A DNA stretch of 64,000 bases from a virus (IMGVR_UViG_3300028374_000002:1-64000); one strand, 5' to 3'. Positions 40,621 to 50,463 are shown, numbered from the stretch's first letter. The notes: generated from the sequence alone by a model not told the origin. A program made the numbers and translations.

Positions 40621-40762
40621 GGGCTACATCTAAACTAACCGATATTCCTTTTGGGTCAAGCCGAAGCCCCCTCGGTAGGAACAGATAACAGGCTTTAGAC
40701 ACCTTCAGTTTTAAAATCTTATCTGTTGTTTGTACACCCACTAAGTATATGCATTTAATCCC
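40621..40762 (-). ncRNA. Candidate structured non-coding RNA
   Basis: GC-rich intergenic island with several helices and a C(UUCG)G tetraloop on the minus strand. Confidence 0.4.
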
Positions 40763-40790
40763 TTTTTAAATCAATAATAATTTTTTATAA

Positions 40791-41033
40791 TCATAAGGTT
40801 GTGTCTAAAGAGTCCCACTTTTTCCTAGATAGTTCTCGATGCCTTTTATCATCAATTTTTTTATCTACGCTATACCCCCAGGTGAGTACATATTCTAAAG
40901 AAACTAGTTCTTGCCATTCTTTATCAGTCAAGCAACCTTGTGGGTAGTCGAAGTGTTGACTGGTAATATGTGTGTGTAAAAAGCGTTTTATTACCAATTT
41001 AAATCTATTGGGGGTTTTATTTAGTCTATTCAT
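40791..41033 (-). CDS. Hypothetical protein
   Basis: ORF. Confidence 0.6.
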   Translation of the reverse strand: MNRLNKTPNRFKLVIKRFLHTHITSQHFDYPQGCLTDKEWQELVSLEYVLTWGYSVDKKIDDKRHRELSRKKWDSLDTTL

Positions 41034-41050
41034 TATTCAAATTTATAATC

Positions 41051-41329
41051 CTAACACTTTTCACCACCTTTACCATCAAGACTTTTAAGTAAATGATTTG
41101 ATCCAGCTAAGTCAGTTAGTATTCTTAATTCTTCAAAACTCAAGGTGTTCCTTGCTACTAGTTGACCATCTTTGTGTCTTTCAAGCTGAATTCCTAATGC
41201 AGAAGTCTCTGGTACTATCCTATAGGTTTCATTAGTTTCTGTATTGTGTATATTAGTAATTCCATCAATGTCAGTATAGATATGACACCATTTGTTGGCA
41301 TTTGGTAATTTTTCTCTTGTCTTATTCAT
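41051..41329 (-). CDS. Hypothetical protein
   Basis: ORF. Confidence 0.6.
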   Translation of the reverse strand: MNKTREKLPNANKWCHIYTDIDGITNIHNTETNETYRIVPETSALGIQLERHKDGQLVARNTLSFEELRILTDLAGSNHLLKSLDGKGGEKC

Positions 41330-41339
41330 TTCTTCTTAT

Positions 41340-41879
41340 TTATAATTTATAATTTTTGAAAATATATCTATGAAACTCATCATAATCCATTGATGGTGCA
41401 ATTTCTCTTATTGGATTAATCTTTATTTCTAAATTTATATTAAGTTCCTTATTCAATATTTTAGCAGCCGAATACCTATGATGACCATCTTCGATATAAA
41501 ACCCCTTCTTGTGCTTATCATCTTGCCAGTAAGAGACATCTATTGGCTCTGATAAATCTATTGTCATTGCCCACTTCTTTTTTGATAAAACACTTTTAGA
41601 TATTTCATATCTTACATTTTCTATATCATCATCCCATCTAATTTTTAAGTATTTTGGTTCTAATGTTTTGATATCACCTTCTGAGAACCCATGTGCTAAC
41701 CTATCTAGTGTTTCGATTGAAATACCACCACCCCTTAATAGTTCTTCATCGGTATCATACTTTGCTAGTTCTTTTTTTAAAGAATCTATAAACTCAGTTT
41801 TTAAATAAACTTTATTGCTTTCTATTTGCTCATTAATATATTCACTTATAGTAGTTGATATAAATTTCCGTGATTTCAT
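41340..41879 (-). CDS. ParB/Srx-like domain protein with CTS-like leader
   Basis: PIDV..YIEDGHHRYSAA; N-terminal MKSRKFISTTISEYINE. Confidence 0.65.
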   Translation of the reverse strand: MKSRKFISTTISEYINEQIESNKVYLKTEFIDSLKKELAKYDTDEELLRGGGISIETLDRLAHGFSEGDIKTLEPKYLKIRWDDDIENVRYEISKSVLSKKKWAMTIDLSEPIDVSYWQDDKHKKGFYIEDGHHRYSAAKILNKELNINLEIKINPIREIAPSMDYDEFHRYIFKNYKL

Positions 41880-42060
41880 AGTATTCTATAATTTATTCTA
41901 TATATAAATATTAAATGAACAAAACCCTATGTATTAATGTCTTTGTGTAATTTGTCAATACTTTTTTCTAATTATAAATGTTTATATATTAGCATTCTTA
42001 TTAGACTCCCTTTCGGTAAATCATCATAAAGTTTAGATAACTCTCCCTTATCCATATAAT

Positions 42061-42315
42061 TTAATGTTTTTCTAACATTTCCTTACAAGCCAAATCTTCA
42101 CACCATTGTGAACATGGATTGTTATATACAAGTGCATCAGATGAAACACAGTAAAAAGAATCAATACTATCGAGTAATATTGATTCTTTATTTAGTTTTT
42201 CAATTGAAGCATCTAGCATAAATTGTAATGTTTCGCTAGGAACTGACATATTCTTCTCTCTTAGAAAAACATACGCTTCTCTAATCTCTTTTTCTAATTG
42301 TTTTTTAGCACTCAT
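42061..42315 (-). CDS. Hypothetical protein
   Basis: ORF. Confidence 0.6.
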   Translation of the reverse strand: MSAKKQLEKEIREAYVFLREKNMSVPSETLQFMLDASIEKLNKESILLDSIDSFYCVSSDALVYNNPCSQWCEDLACKEMLEKH

Positions 42316-42341
42316 ATCTTTTATAATTAGGATTAAATTTA

Positions 42342-42581
42342 CTATTCTATAATTAACTTGTGTGTAATAGTTTGTTTATTTTTTATCAAAAAATAACCAC
42401 CAATTGCCAAACCACCAATAAGACCTAACCAAATTTGTCCATCAATAGGAGCTGGAACATCTTTTACAGTACCATCACCAGGCAGCATAGGAGGATTTCC
42501 TCCTGCACCAGGTTGGGCTATAAGAGATCCTACTGAAAAAAGTGAGAGGATAAGAATAAAAAGTATTTTTTTAGTTTTCAT
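42342..42581 (-). CDS. Small secreted/membrane protein of PID-CTERM type
   Basis: Signal peptide, Pro/Gly linker, PAPIDG plus TM helix plus basic residues. Confidence 0.7.
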   Translation of the reverse strand: MKTKKILFILILSLFSVGSLIAQPGAGGNPPMLPGDGTVKDVPAPIDGQIWLGLIGGLAIGGYFLIKNKQTITHKLIIE

Positions 42582-42612
42582 AATTTTGTTTTTATTTATA
42601 TAATTAAAAATA

Positions 42613-45600
42613 TTATTCTACAATTAATTTGTGTGTAGTCGTCTGAGTTTGATAGGTCAGTCTAATTAGATAAACACCAGTGTTCAGACTGCTTGTATTT
42701 AGTTTTAATTCTGATGTAGATATACGTTCATTTTGAATCTCTATATTTTGACCTATGACATTAAAAACTGAAACCTTTAATTCGTTGTTGAAATATGGAT
42801 TATGCGTAATATATACAAATCCCGAATTTGAAGGGTTTGGATAAAGTTGTGTACTTGCTATCCTCTCGTCTTGGGATGTACATAAAGTGCTATCTTGTTC
42901 AAACATAATTTTAAATCTATCTGAATTTACAGAACCTGGTATTGAAGAGTCAATATCAAAAGCAATATCGTTTTCACCTTCATTCAATTGATGATCCTCT
43001 TCAGTGTAAGTATCTCTTAAGAATACATCATAATCTGGCATGTTTTCAACTTCAATATTCATGATATAATCTACATCTCTGTAATTGTCAATCCAAAAGC
43101 TAAATACATCATCGTCTTTAGGAAAAGGTCTTTTTTCGATAGCTAAATAATTTCCATCAGATTGAATTCCGATAGTTTCATCATCATTCCAGAATTTTAA
43201 AGCATCATCAGGACCAGCTTCTTCATTGTAAGTAGCATCAAATTTAAATCTTACACCATCCATCAATTCATTATTAGAGATACTGAAGATATTTAAATCT
43301 ATTTTTGAGGTAGGAACGTCTCTGAAAACTTCATTAGTTGAAGTACTGTCTGTTTTAAATTCTTCTTTAAAAGTCAATGAAGGGGCTTCATTTTCTGGAA
43401 CGACACTATTAGTCTGAACAAATACAGATTGATTGACTTGTAAATAGCGAAATTTTTCTGGACTTATATTAGGAATATTAGGGACGTATTCTATAGGTTC
43501 AGAACTTAAATCAACTGTAACATAACCACCTCTATCACCAATATTTGGTTTATAAGCATAGTAAAACCTTTTGCCCAAATGTGTTGAACTATTTTTTAGA
43601 GTTGCTTTCATATCAACTTCAGCTTGGTATGGATTACCAATTAAAGAAAAACCTTCTGGATTAGGATTTAAATCATCATTTATGTTTACATCACCAGTCA
43701 AAATAGTCCCCAAAGATCTCAATCTTGTATCATCGCCTTTAGCTAAATTATTTAAATACATATTTGTGCCTCTATCACCCCTAATCAAAATTCCGTAGGC
43801 TTTACCAGCTTCTAAAGTGTTTGTGTTTGTATTGGAAATTGTTGACCAAATCCCATTTTGTGAATTCCAAGAAAATAGAGATGGATTTCCAGTGCGTGTG
43901 GCATCAAGTCCATTAGCACCAGTTGTACTGCCTGTAATGTGTGTGCCATAACCAGGATTTGGGTCTTTATTTTCTTCGTAATCATTAACTGTATTGTTAA
44001 CCCCTTCTTGCCAGTTTTCATTTATGGAAGTTGTGGTATTTACAGAAGTGGTCATAAATCTAAAAGCTCTATTTCCCATAGGAATGTAACGTTCAATCAT
44101 AACCTCACCAACTATAGTATTATCATTTTCAATTTCACTAATAATAGCTGTGTGAGTAGCATTAGATTTAAAAGTTACTAGGTTATTATCTGGAATAGCA
44201 TGGTCATAATTTGTGATTAAATCACCAGTTATTAAATTTAAACTACCTAACACATTTACATTACCAGATACTAGATTTAAGCTGTGACCGTTATCGATAG
44301 TCAAGCTGTATACTGAAGTAGTACTATCTGTAGAAAAATTCTGAATTCCAGCTCCTTTAAATGCCAAAGTTGAGTTTCCTGGATTATAGGTACCATTATT
44401 TTCAAAATCACCATAAATATCAATTTGAGATTCATTGGTTTGTGAGACACTAGCACCATTAGCGATCAACAAATTTTTAATTTCTACATTCTCTGAAAAA
44501 ATGGGATCATTTGGTGTGATATTAATCACAATATCACTATTTCTATCAGGGAAGCCATTACTCCAATTGTTTATATTTTCAGCATCAGTAGAAACTACAC
44601 CAATCCAAACGGTTGGCTCTGGTGTACAATCTTCTATACCAACTGTTCCGTTAAACACCCAATTTCTGTCTGGGGGAATTTCTGAGAAACTAGGGATTGT
44701 AATTGCACTTTCATTGTTGGCAGTAATTCTACCTCCCCATCCAGCAACTTCTCCATTTAGGATAATTTTATTACAACCTGAGCTGGATTCTATAAGGCCA
44801 GCATGACTTGTTAAGTTATTAAAAATGATTTCTTCACCGAATTGAATTGTGCCCGTAGAATTGATTACAGTACTTCCAATAATTTCAAAACCAGCATTAG
44901 CTGCAATTTTACCACTCCACACTTTTAAATCACAATTGACAATAAAACTGTTTTCGACAATAAGTTCGGCATTGTTAGAATTGCTTTCTAGATCTCCTAA
45001 AATGGTTAAATCACCAGAAATATTAGCGTATGAATCATTTCTGAATTTTTGAGAGAAATTTATCGTTCCAGAAGAATTGATAGAACCATTACTGTTGGCA
45101 AGATTGTCTTCAAAAGTTGTAGAACCTTCATTATTTAAAGTAAATCCATTGCCCATTTGTTCATACGAACCAGAATTAACATTAAGGACACTACCAGTAT
45201 AAACGTTGATAAGACCACTGTCAAAGTTGGTACCGCCACCAACTAAATTTGTTGATGCCCCATCATAGGAATTTAAAGTACCATTTTGTAATTTTACTAC
45301 AGTAGTAAGTGTACCGTAATTATTTATTACAGAATTATTTTTAATTAAAATCGTAGATTGAGTTCCATGATTAAAATTTCCGTAATTATTAAGTGTTAAA
45401 TTATTTCCGCTATTTGGCCAGTTAAGACCTTGTGAGTTAAATGTTACGCCTTCACCAATACATAATGTTCCATTGTTTCCAATATCTTTCCAATTAGCAT
45501 TGTACGTAAAGTTACCACTTAAACATATTGTTTTATTATTCAAATTACCAGTAGGCCAATCATCATCAGAATCATCAATGACATAATCACAATCGCAATC

Positions 45601-45756
45601 CAAATTTATATCTTGAGAATTTGATTTAATATTAATTAAAACATCACTATTTCTATCAGATTTATTGTTGACTAATTGTTGGTCTTGTGCCATTGAGACA
45701 ATGGATGTCATCAAACCAATTATCAAATAAATCATTACTTTTCTAAATTTATTCAT
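42613..45756 (-). CDS. Large secreted protein with T9SS C-terminal sorting domain
   Basis: Sec signal peptide, Asn/Gly-rich beta-repeat body, C-terminal LYPNPS..VSVFNVIG..LNTGVYLIRL..THKLIVE. Confidence 0.9.
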   Translation of the reverse strand: MNKFRKVMIYLIIGLMTSIVSMAQDQQLVNNKSDRNSDVLINIKSNSQDINLDCDCDYVIDDSDDDWPTGNLNNKTICLSGNFTYNANWKDIGNNGTLCIGEGVTFNSQGLNWPNSGNNLTLNNYGNFNHGTQSTILIKNNSVINNYGTLTTVVKLQNGTLNSYDGASTNLVGGGTNFDSGLINVYTGSVLNVNSGSYEQMGNGFTLNNEGSTTFEDNLANSNGSINSSGTINFSQKFRNDSYANISGDLTILGDLESNSNNAELIVENSFIVNCDLKVWSGKIAANAGFEIIGSTVINSTGTIQFGEEIIFNNLTSHAGLIESSSGCNKIILNGEVAGWGGRITANNESAITIPSFSEIPPDRNWVFNGTVGIEDCTPEPTVWIGVVSTDAENINNWSNGFPDRNSDIVINITPNDPIFSENVEIKNLLIANGASVSQTNESQIDIYGDFENNGTYNPGNSTLAFKGAGIQNFSTDSTTSVYSLTIDNGHSLNLVSGNVNVLGSLNLITGDLITNYDHAIPDNNLVTFKSNATHTAIISEIENDNTIVGEVMIERYIPMGNRAFRFMTTSVNTTTSINENWQEGVNNTVNDYEENKDPNPGYGTHITGSTTGANGLDATRTGNPSLFSWNSQNGIWSTISNTNTNTLEAGKAYGILIRGDRGTNMYLNNLAKGDDTRLRSLGTILTGDVNINDDLNPNPEGFSLIGNPYQAEVDMKATLKNSSTHLGKRFYYAYKPNIGDRGGYVTVDLSSEPIEYVPNIPNISPEKFRYLQVNQSVFVQTNSVVPENEAPSLTFKEEFKTDSTSTNEVFRDVPTSKIDLNIFSISNNELMDGVRFKFDATYNEEAGPDDALKFWNDDETIGIQSDGNYLAIEKRPFPKDDDVFSFWIDNYRDVDYIMNIEVENMPDYDVFLRDTYTEEDHQLNEGENDIAFDIDSSIPGSVNSDRFKIMFEQDSTLCTSQDERIASTQLYPNPSNSGFVYITHNPYFNNELKVSVFNVIGQNIEIQNERISTSELKLNTSSLNTGVYLIRLTYQTQTTTHKLIVE

Positions 45757-45819
45757 TTTTTTTAATTATTTTTATTTCCCGCACTATCAAATACCCTAGT
45801 GTATTAGTGTTCTATGTAA

Positions 45820-46041
45820 CTATATTGGTAGGTATACCCCTACTTTAAAATTAATATCAAAATCTGTCTTATTTATTGTTAGATAAAATTCTTTTGCTTT
45901 ACCTAGCGTTGTTTTTTCTTTTTTACACCAAAGGACTATAATAAAATCATCAACAATCCCTCTTACTTCGCAATATGAAATATTATTTATATTGTTTTCA
46001 TTGTAATACTTTTTAAACTTCAATCCTTTCTTAAGCTTCAT
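45820..46041 (-). CDS. Hypothetical protein
   Basis: ORF. Confidence 0.6.
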   Translation of the reverse strand: MKLKKGLKFKKYYNENNINNISYCEVRGIVDDFIIVLWCKKEKTTLGKAKEFYLTINKTDFDINFKVGVYLPI

Positions 46042-46223
46042 AATTCAAATATTATTAATACTAACCAAGTAATTGTACACGATAAGTTCTGCCCTTATCA
46101 TCTTCCCAAACACTTCTACAATTAATCATGTTTATTTCATCACCGTGTACATTTCGAACATGTCTTAGGTTCAGGCTTTTTGCCTTCTCTATAGTTATAA
46201 CACAAAATGTTCTTAGATACAAA

Positions 46224-46427
46224 TTAAACATATTGGCTTAATGTATCAATAGCGTTTTCAATTTCCCTTTTACCACTCTCAAGTCCATCAGTTGCTTCAT
46301 CAAAACTCTCTAATAATTCACTAAGCTCACTAAATAAATCACGAAGCTTATCTCTTTCTTTTGAAATTACAATCTTTGATTCTTCAATACCTGATAATAC
46401 CTTGTCTAATTCTTCTTTAGTTACCAT
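46224..46427 (-). CDS. Small coiled-coil protein
   Basis: ORF; TATATTTG at 46489-46496. Confidence 0.65.
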   Translation of the reverse strand: MVTKEELDKVLSGIEESKIVISKERDKLRDLFSELSELLESFDEATDGLESGKREIENAIDTLSQYV

Positions 46428-46578
46428 ATCTAGTTAATACTTTATTTTGCCTACTCTATTAAGTTTTCGGCTTCTCTTATTTAGAGTACAAATATAGCAA
46501 TGTTTTTTGGATTACAGAAAGATTACTATATTTTTTATATTCATTTCTGTGTAATTAGATTCATTTGAAGCATTTGTT

Positions 46579-47799
46579 TTACCATATGTTTTTAAATCCT
46601 CTTTTCATTAACCATTCCCTTGCTAATTCTAACCTCTTAGTCTCATTTATTATAGAACTTACAACTAAGTTATAAGTCTCTCTAGATTCTAAGTATCTCT
46701 TATACTTATCATAAGACTCAAAATTATCTTCGATATCTTCTAAAGACATATCTTTAGCTAAAGAATAGTTTTTCATAGATAATATAAATGGTGCATCTTT
46801 ATTACCTTTGAGGTGATTTACTGCATATTCTTTCAATGATAAGCCCTTATACTTATTATATTCATTTTCTAAATATTCAACTCTGTCTTTTGTATAGGAT
46901 TTTACAACGGAAACCAATCTATCTATTCTATCGATAGATTCTATATCTTCCTCTGGTATCTCTGAGATAAGATCATCTATATCATCATTTAAAATATGTT
47001 TTATAAGGATATTTTCTCTGTATAAATCATCTGTTAAAAGTCCGTGTAAATTTCTATACCATTCAGTTTTAACTTTCAATACTATACCTTCCATTTCAAC
47101 AACCCATCCTTCTTTATTCTCAACAGTCTTGGCTAATTCAATAATATCATCTAATGTATAACATTCAAATTCAGCTTTCTTTATATTAACCCCACTTATA
47201 TCGATATACTCACCAGTCAAGTTGTTACGTAATTTTAGTAGAATAAGTTCTTCTTTCATATATCTTAAAACTATTCTATTAGAAGGTGCTACATATTCAA
47301 ATATAGGAACAATGTCATTGTCTAAACAATCATTTACAAAGTTTTTTATTTCCTCATTATCATTATAAACTCTATTAATCCCATCGGCTTGTGAATTATC
47401 AAATCCTATCTTAGATTTGCCAACTATCTTGCCATTTGGTAGCTTTATAAAGGTGGCTAATGAACCATCTTCTTTATTATTGACATTTATAACATTATAA
47501 TCTTTAACAACATCATATAGAGTCTCTGGAACTTGGTTCAAGTTGAAAAACTTCTTTAGTAGCAAGTATCTTTTAAATAAACTACCATCTTCATTAAATA
47601 CAAATGTTAATCCTCTTAACTCATAGGCACTTATATCTGAATCTTCTCCAAAAGGTTTGGCGAAGTCTGACCATTGTGCTAGTCTATAGTTAAATACAGA
47701 AATATTAAAACCTTCAACATTTACTTTAGTTTCATAAAATGCGGAATCTACTAGATTACACAAATCAACACATTGTTTATAAGTTATTAATTCTGACAT
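46579..47799 (-). CDS. T4 Rnl1-like RNA ligase (start reassigned to MSELITY)
   Basis: KFFNLNQ, KEDGSL (motif I Lys), FEY..NRIV, EGWV..KVKTEWY. Confidence 0.85.
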   Translation of the reverse strand: MSELITYKQCVDLCNLVDSAFYETKVNVEGFNISVFNYRLAQWSDFAKPFGEDSDISAYELRGLTFVFNEDGSLFKRYLLLKKFFNLNQVPETLYDVVKDYNVINVNNKEDGSLATFIKLPNGKIVGKSKIGFDNSQADGINRVYNDNEEIKNFVNDCLDNDIVPIFEYVAPSNRIVLRYMKEELILLKLRNNLTGEYIDISGVNIKKAEFECYTLDDIIELAKTVENKEGWVVEMEGIVLKVKTEWYRNLHGLLTDDLYRENILIKHILNDDIDDLISEIPEEDIESIDRIDRLVSVVKSYTKDRVEYLENEYNKYKGLSLKEYAVNHLKGNKDAPFILSMKNYSLAKDMSLEDIEDNFESYDKYKRYLESRETYNLVVSSIINETKRLELAREWLMKRGFKNIW

Positions 47800-47867
47800 C
47801 TTTTTATTTTTAGTTGAAAACAAATATACAACTTTTTTATATATAAATTAAATAAAATATACTTATT

Positions 47868-48485
47868 ATGAAATTATACGAATTACTAAAAGAATATGGC
47901 ATACCAGCTAAAGAAGCCAAGCAGAGGTTGGCTAATAAACAAGTTAAAATAAATGGTGAAATAACTGGCGGGGAGTTTAGACTAGGTAATGTGACTGATG
48001 TTTATGACCAAGGATTTTTCTTAGAGGAATTATACTCTAAGACAGATTACTCTAAATATTCTAAACAAATAATATTCTTTGGTTTAGAGAATTTATTTGG
48101 TAGTAACATAGAAAATGAGGTGGTTGACTTTTTAGCAGACTATAAAATGATAGAAATAGCAAAAGAAAATGTTATATTTCTAAAAATAGACAAGGGAATT
48201 CAAAAAACAAGGCTTAACGTAACATACCATATAGAATCAGAATCTAATTTTGATAGAGAGTATGAAATGCCAAAAGAAATAGATGAGTCTGATATACTTA
48301 ATAAGTTAAAGTCTGATCTAGAAAAGGTAGAAACACAATTATCAAATAAAGGATTTGTGGACAATGCACCATCTTTTAAGGTTGAAGCGGCTAGAAAAAG
48401 ACTAGAGAACATAAAATCAAAAATTGACGAAATAACTAAAAATGAGAAAGTATATTCATTTGAAAGATTTAACAAGCTAAAATAA
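47868..48485 (+). CDS. S4-like domain fused to ValRS C-terminal coiled-coil arm
   Basis: LYELLKEYG..EAKQRLANKQVKINGE; LEKVETQLSNKGFVDNAPSFKVEAARKRL. Confidence 0.7.
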   Translation: MKLYELLKEYGIPAKEAKQRLANKQVKINGEITGGEFRLGNVTDVYDQGFFLEELYSKTDYSKYSKQIIFFGLENLFGSNIENEVVDFLADYKMIEIAKENVIFLKIDKGIQKTRLNVTYHIESESNFDREYEMPKEIDESDILNKLKSDLEKVETQLSNKGFVDNAPSFKVEAARKRLENIKSKIDEITKNEKVYSFERFNKLK

Positions 48486-48486
48486 G

Positions 48487-48513
48487 AAAACCCACCTATA
48501 ATAAGTGGGTTCT
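48487..48513. terminator. Probable terminator
   Basis: aacccac / gtgggtt between convergent genes. Confidence 0.6.
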
Positions 48514-48540
48514 CCATCGAGTAATTAAAACCATTAAAAA

Positions 48541-48957
48541 TTACCCAATCATTTGCTCTAGGTTAGCATTTCTATTTATCATCTTATCACCACCTAATTC
48601 TTTTTTTATCATAGAAACTCTGCATTTTAAATTTCTGTCACTATCACAACTCGTTATAACAGGATATATACTGTTTCTAGGCTTAATATTAGAGATAGTT
48701 CTCTTATGACCGAATCTGTCTGTAAAAGACATTCCAATTACATTTTGTGTAAATCCAACTTTCCTACATAACATTCTTTGTATTTCATAATTTTTACCAA
48801 CATTTTTAGACAATGAGAGTTCGATGTTTATGTTGCAAGATAATACGTTGCTACTATGTTCACTTATTAAATATTCTAGACCTTCTCTTTTTGTAATATC
48901 AGAAATGGCTTTATCTATTTCTTTCTTGATACTGTCAATTTTAATTTTAGTAAGCAT
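48541..48957 (-). CDS. Hypothetical protein with degenerate C-terminal tail
   Basis: Ends INRNANLEQMIG. Confidence 0.7.
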   Translation of the reverse strand: MLTKIKIDSIKKEIDKAISDITKREGLEYLISEHSSNVLSCNINIELSLSKNVGKNYEIQRMLCRKVGFTQNVIGMSFTDRFGHKRTISNIKPRNSIYPVITSCDSDRNLKCRVSMIKKELGGDKMINRNANLEQMIG

Positions 48958-48981
48958 TGTGTATATTTTTTAAGTTGAATA

Positions 48982-49012
48982 CAAATATATAACATAATAT
49001 GGTATATACAAA
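48982..49012 (-). promoter_or_regulatory. Bacteroidota sigma70-type promoter
   Basis: TTTG-N19-TATATTTG. The -7 element also at 3000, 6330, 9554, 14164, 16237, 19988, 37851, 39887, 46489, 47821, 50379, 58887, mostly 17-36 nt upstream of minus-strand starts. Confidence 0.8.
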
Positions 49013-49033
49013 GTATTTGTGCTATTATTTAAA

Positions 49034-49069
49034 AATACTCCCTTGTTATATCTAAAACAAGGGAGTATT
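49034..49069. terminator. Intrinsic terminator
   Basis: 14-bp inverted repeat aatactcccttgtt / aacaagggagtatt. Confidence 0.8.
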
Positions 49070-49074
49070 AGTTT

Positions 49075-50148
49075 TTAGACTATGAAGTCAGATTTTAGTT
49101 CCTTTAGTGTAGCAAGAAATACTTTTATAGCATTATCAACATCATCCTTGTGTGACATCTCAACTGTTGAGTGCATATACTTAAGTGGTGTTGCAATCAT
49201 GGCAGTTTCTATACCTTCTCTAAAAAAAGATAATGTATCATTACCAATAGATCCAATTTCGATTTGTAGTGGTATTTTATTTTCTTTTGCAACATTTCTT
49301 ATCAAAGCATTAATCCTTTTAGAATTCTGGTGTGTATAATGGACACTTGGTCCCTTACCACCTATAACATCACCGTGCTTAGCTTTATTATAAGAAGGTG
49401 TCGTTGTGTTGTGGCAAACATCATGCACTAATGCTAAATTAGGTCTTATTTTCTTGGCCATATGATTTGCACCCTCTAGTCCAACTTCTTCTTGGGAAGA
49501 ATTCACGACATAAAGGTCAAAATCAAGTTGTATTTTTTTACTAACAACAAGCCTTGCTACCTCTGCAATAATAAATCCACCAATCTTGTTATCCACACTT
49601 TTACAAGTGTAGTAATCTCCAATCATAGAGAATTTAGTATCATTTGTAATCAGATTACCCACTTCAACACCACTTTCCAAAACGGCATCCTTATCTTTTA
49701 ATCCTAAGTCAATATAAAGTTCGTGTTGATCAGGGCCATTTTCAACACTATTGTTTCTAGTATGAATAGCAGCCCACCCAAATACACCATTAGAAGTGTT
49801 TCCATTATGGTGGTGTATAATTACTGGTCTTGATGGTGCAATCATATTATCACTACCACCGTTTCTCTTAACTCTTAATAATCCACTATCTTCTATATGT
49901 GAAATCATCCATCCAATTTCATCAACATGTGCCTCTATGACAACTTTTTTTGCATCTGGTTTACCACATCTTATAATGCCATATGAACTATGATAAACAT
50001 CTCTGTGTATGTTTTCTCTGTCTATAAATTTAGACAAATATTCTTCCCATACATCTTGTGCTTCTTTTTCATTACCAGATGGTGAATGTGTGTTTAGATA
50101 ATTCTCTAAAAATCTTTTACTCTTCTTTCTCATTTTTGCTTTTTTCAA
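49075..50148 (-). CDS. M42 family aminopeptidase
   Basis: SPSGNE, EAHVDEIG, KSVDNKIG, SQEEVGLEGA, VHDVCH, YMHSTVE. Confidence 0.92.
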   Translation of the reverse strand: MKKAKMRKKSKRFLENYLNTHSPSGNEKEAQDVWEEYLSKFIDRENIHRDVYHSSYGIIRCGKPDAKKVVIEAHVDEIGWMISHIEDSGLLRVKRNGGSDNMIAPSRPVIIHHHNGNTSNGVFGWAAIHTRNNSVENGPDQHELYIDLGLKDKDAVLESGVEVGNLITNDTKFSMIGDYYTCKSVDNKIGGFIIAEVARLVVSKKIQLDFDLYVVNSSQEEVGLEGANHMAKKIRPNLALVHDVCHNTTTPSYNKAKHGDVIGGKGPSVHYTHQNSKRINALIRNVAKENKIPLQIEIGSIGNDTLSFFREGIETAMIATPLKYMHSTVEMSHKDDVDNAIKVFLATLKELKSDFIV

Positions 50149-50155
50149 TTTATAT

Positions 50156-50353
50156 TTAGTTTAAGTCTTTTAATAATGATTTAGCAGTCTTATACTGCCT
50201 TTCGCTTAGTATTCTTATATTTCGCTTGCCAATATTAACTTTTTCTAAGTATTTATTACTCTTTAATTGCTTTTTTAAGGATGTTAAGAAGGTATTTTCT
50301 CCTTTATAAGTTCTTATTTCTTTATTCAATTCTATCTTTTGTTCCAGTTCCAT
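50156..50353 (-). CDS. Hypothetical protein
   Basis: ORF; TATATTTG at 50379-50386. Confidence 0.7.
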   Translation of the reverse strand: MELEQKIELNKEIRTYKGENTFLTSLKKQLKSNKYLEKVNIGKRNIRILSERQYKTAKSLLKDLN

Positions 50354-50463
50354 TATTTGTATGTGGTTAATATTCGTGCAAATATACTAAAAAATATAAA
50401 TAAGAACCTATAATATTAAACTTTTATACCATTTTATGTTATAATATAAAAATAAATACATAT

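Noticed and set aside
46579-47823. ORF-track starts for the ligase, dnaK, 31680, 57006, 58587 and 58855
   Set aside because: The upstream extensions overlap promoter motifs or neighbouring genes and add non-homologous residues, so later ATGs were used.
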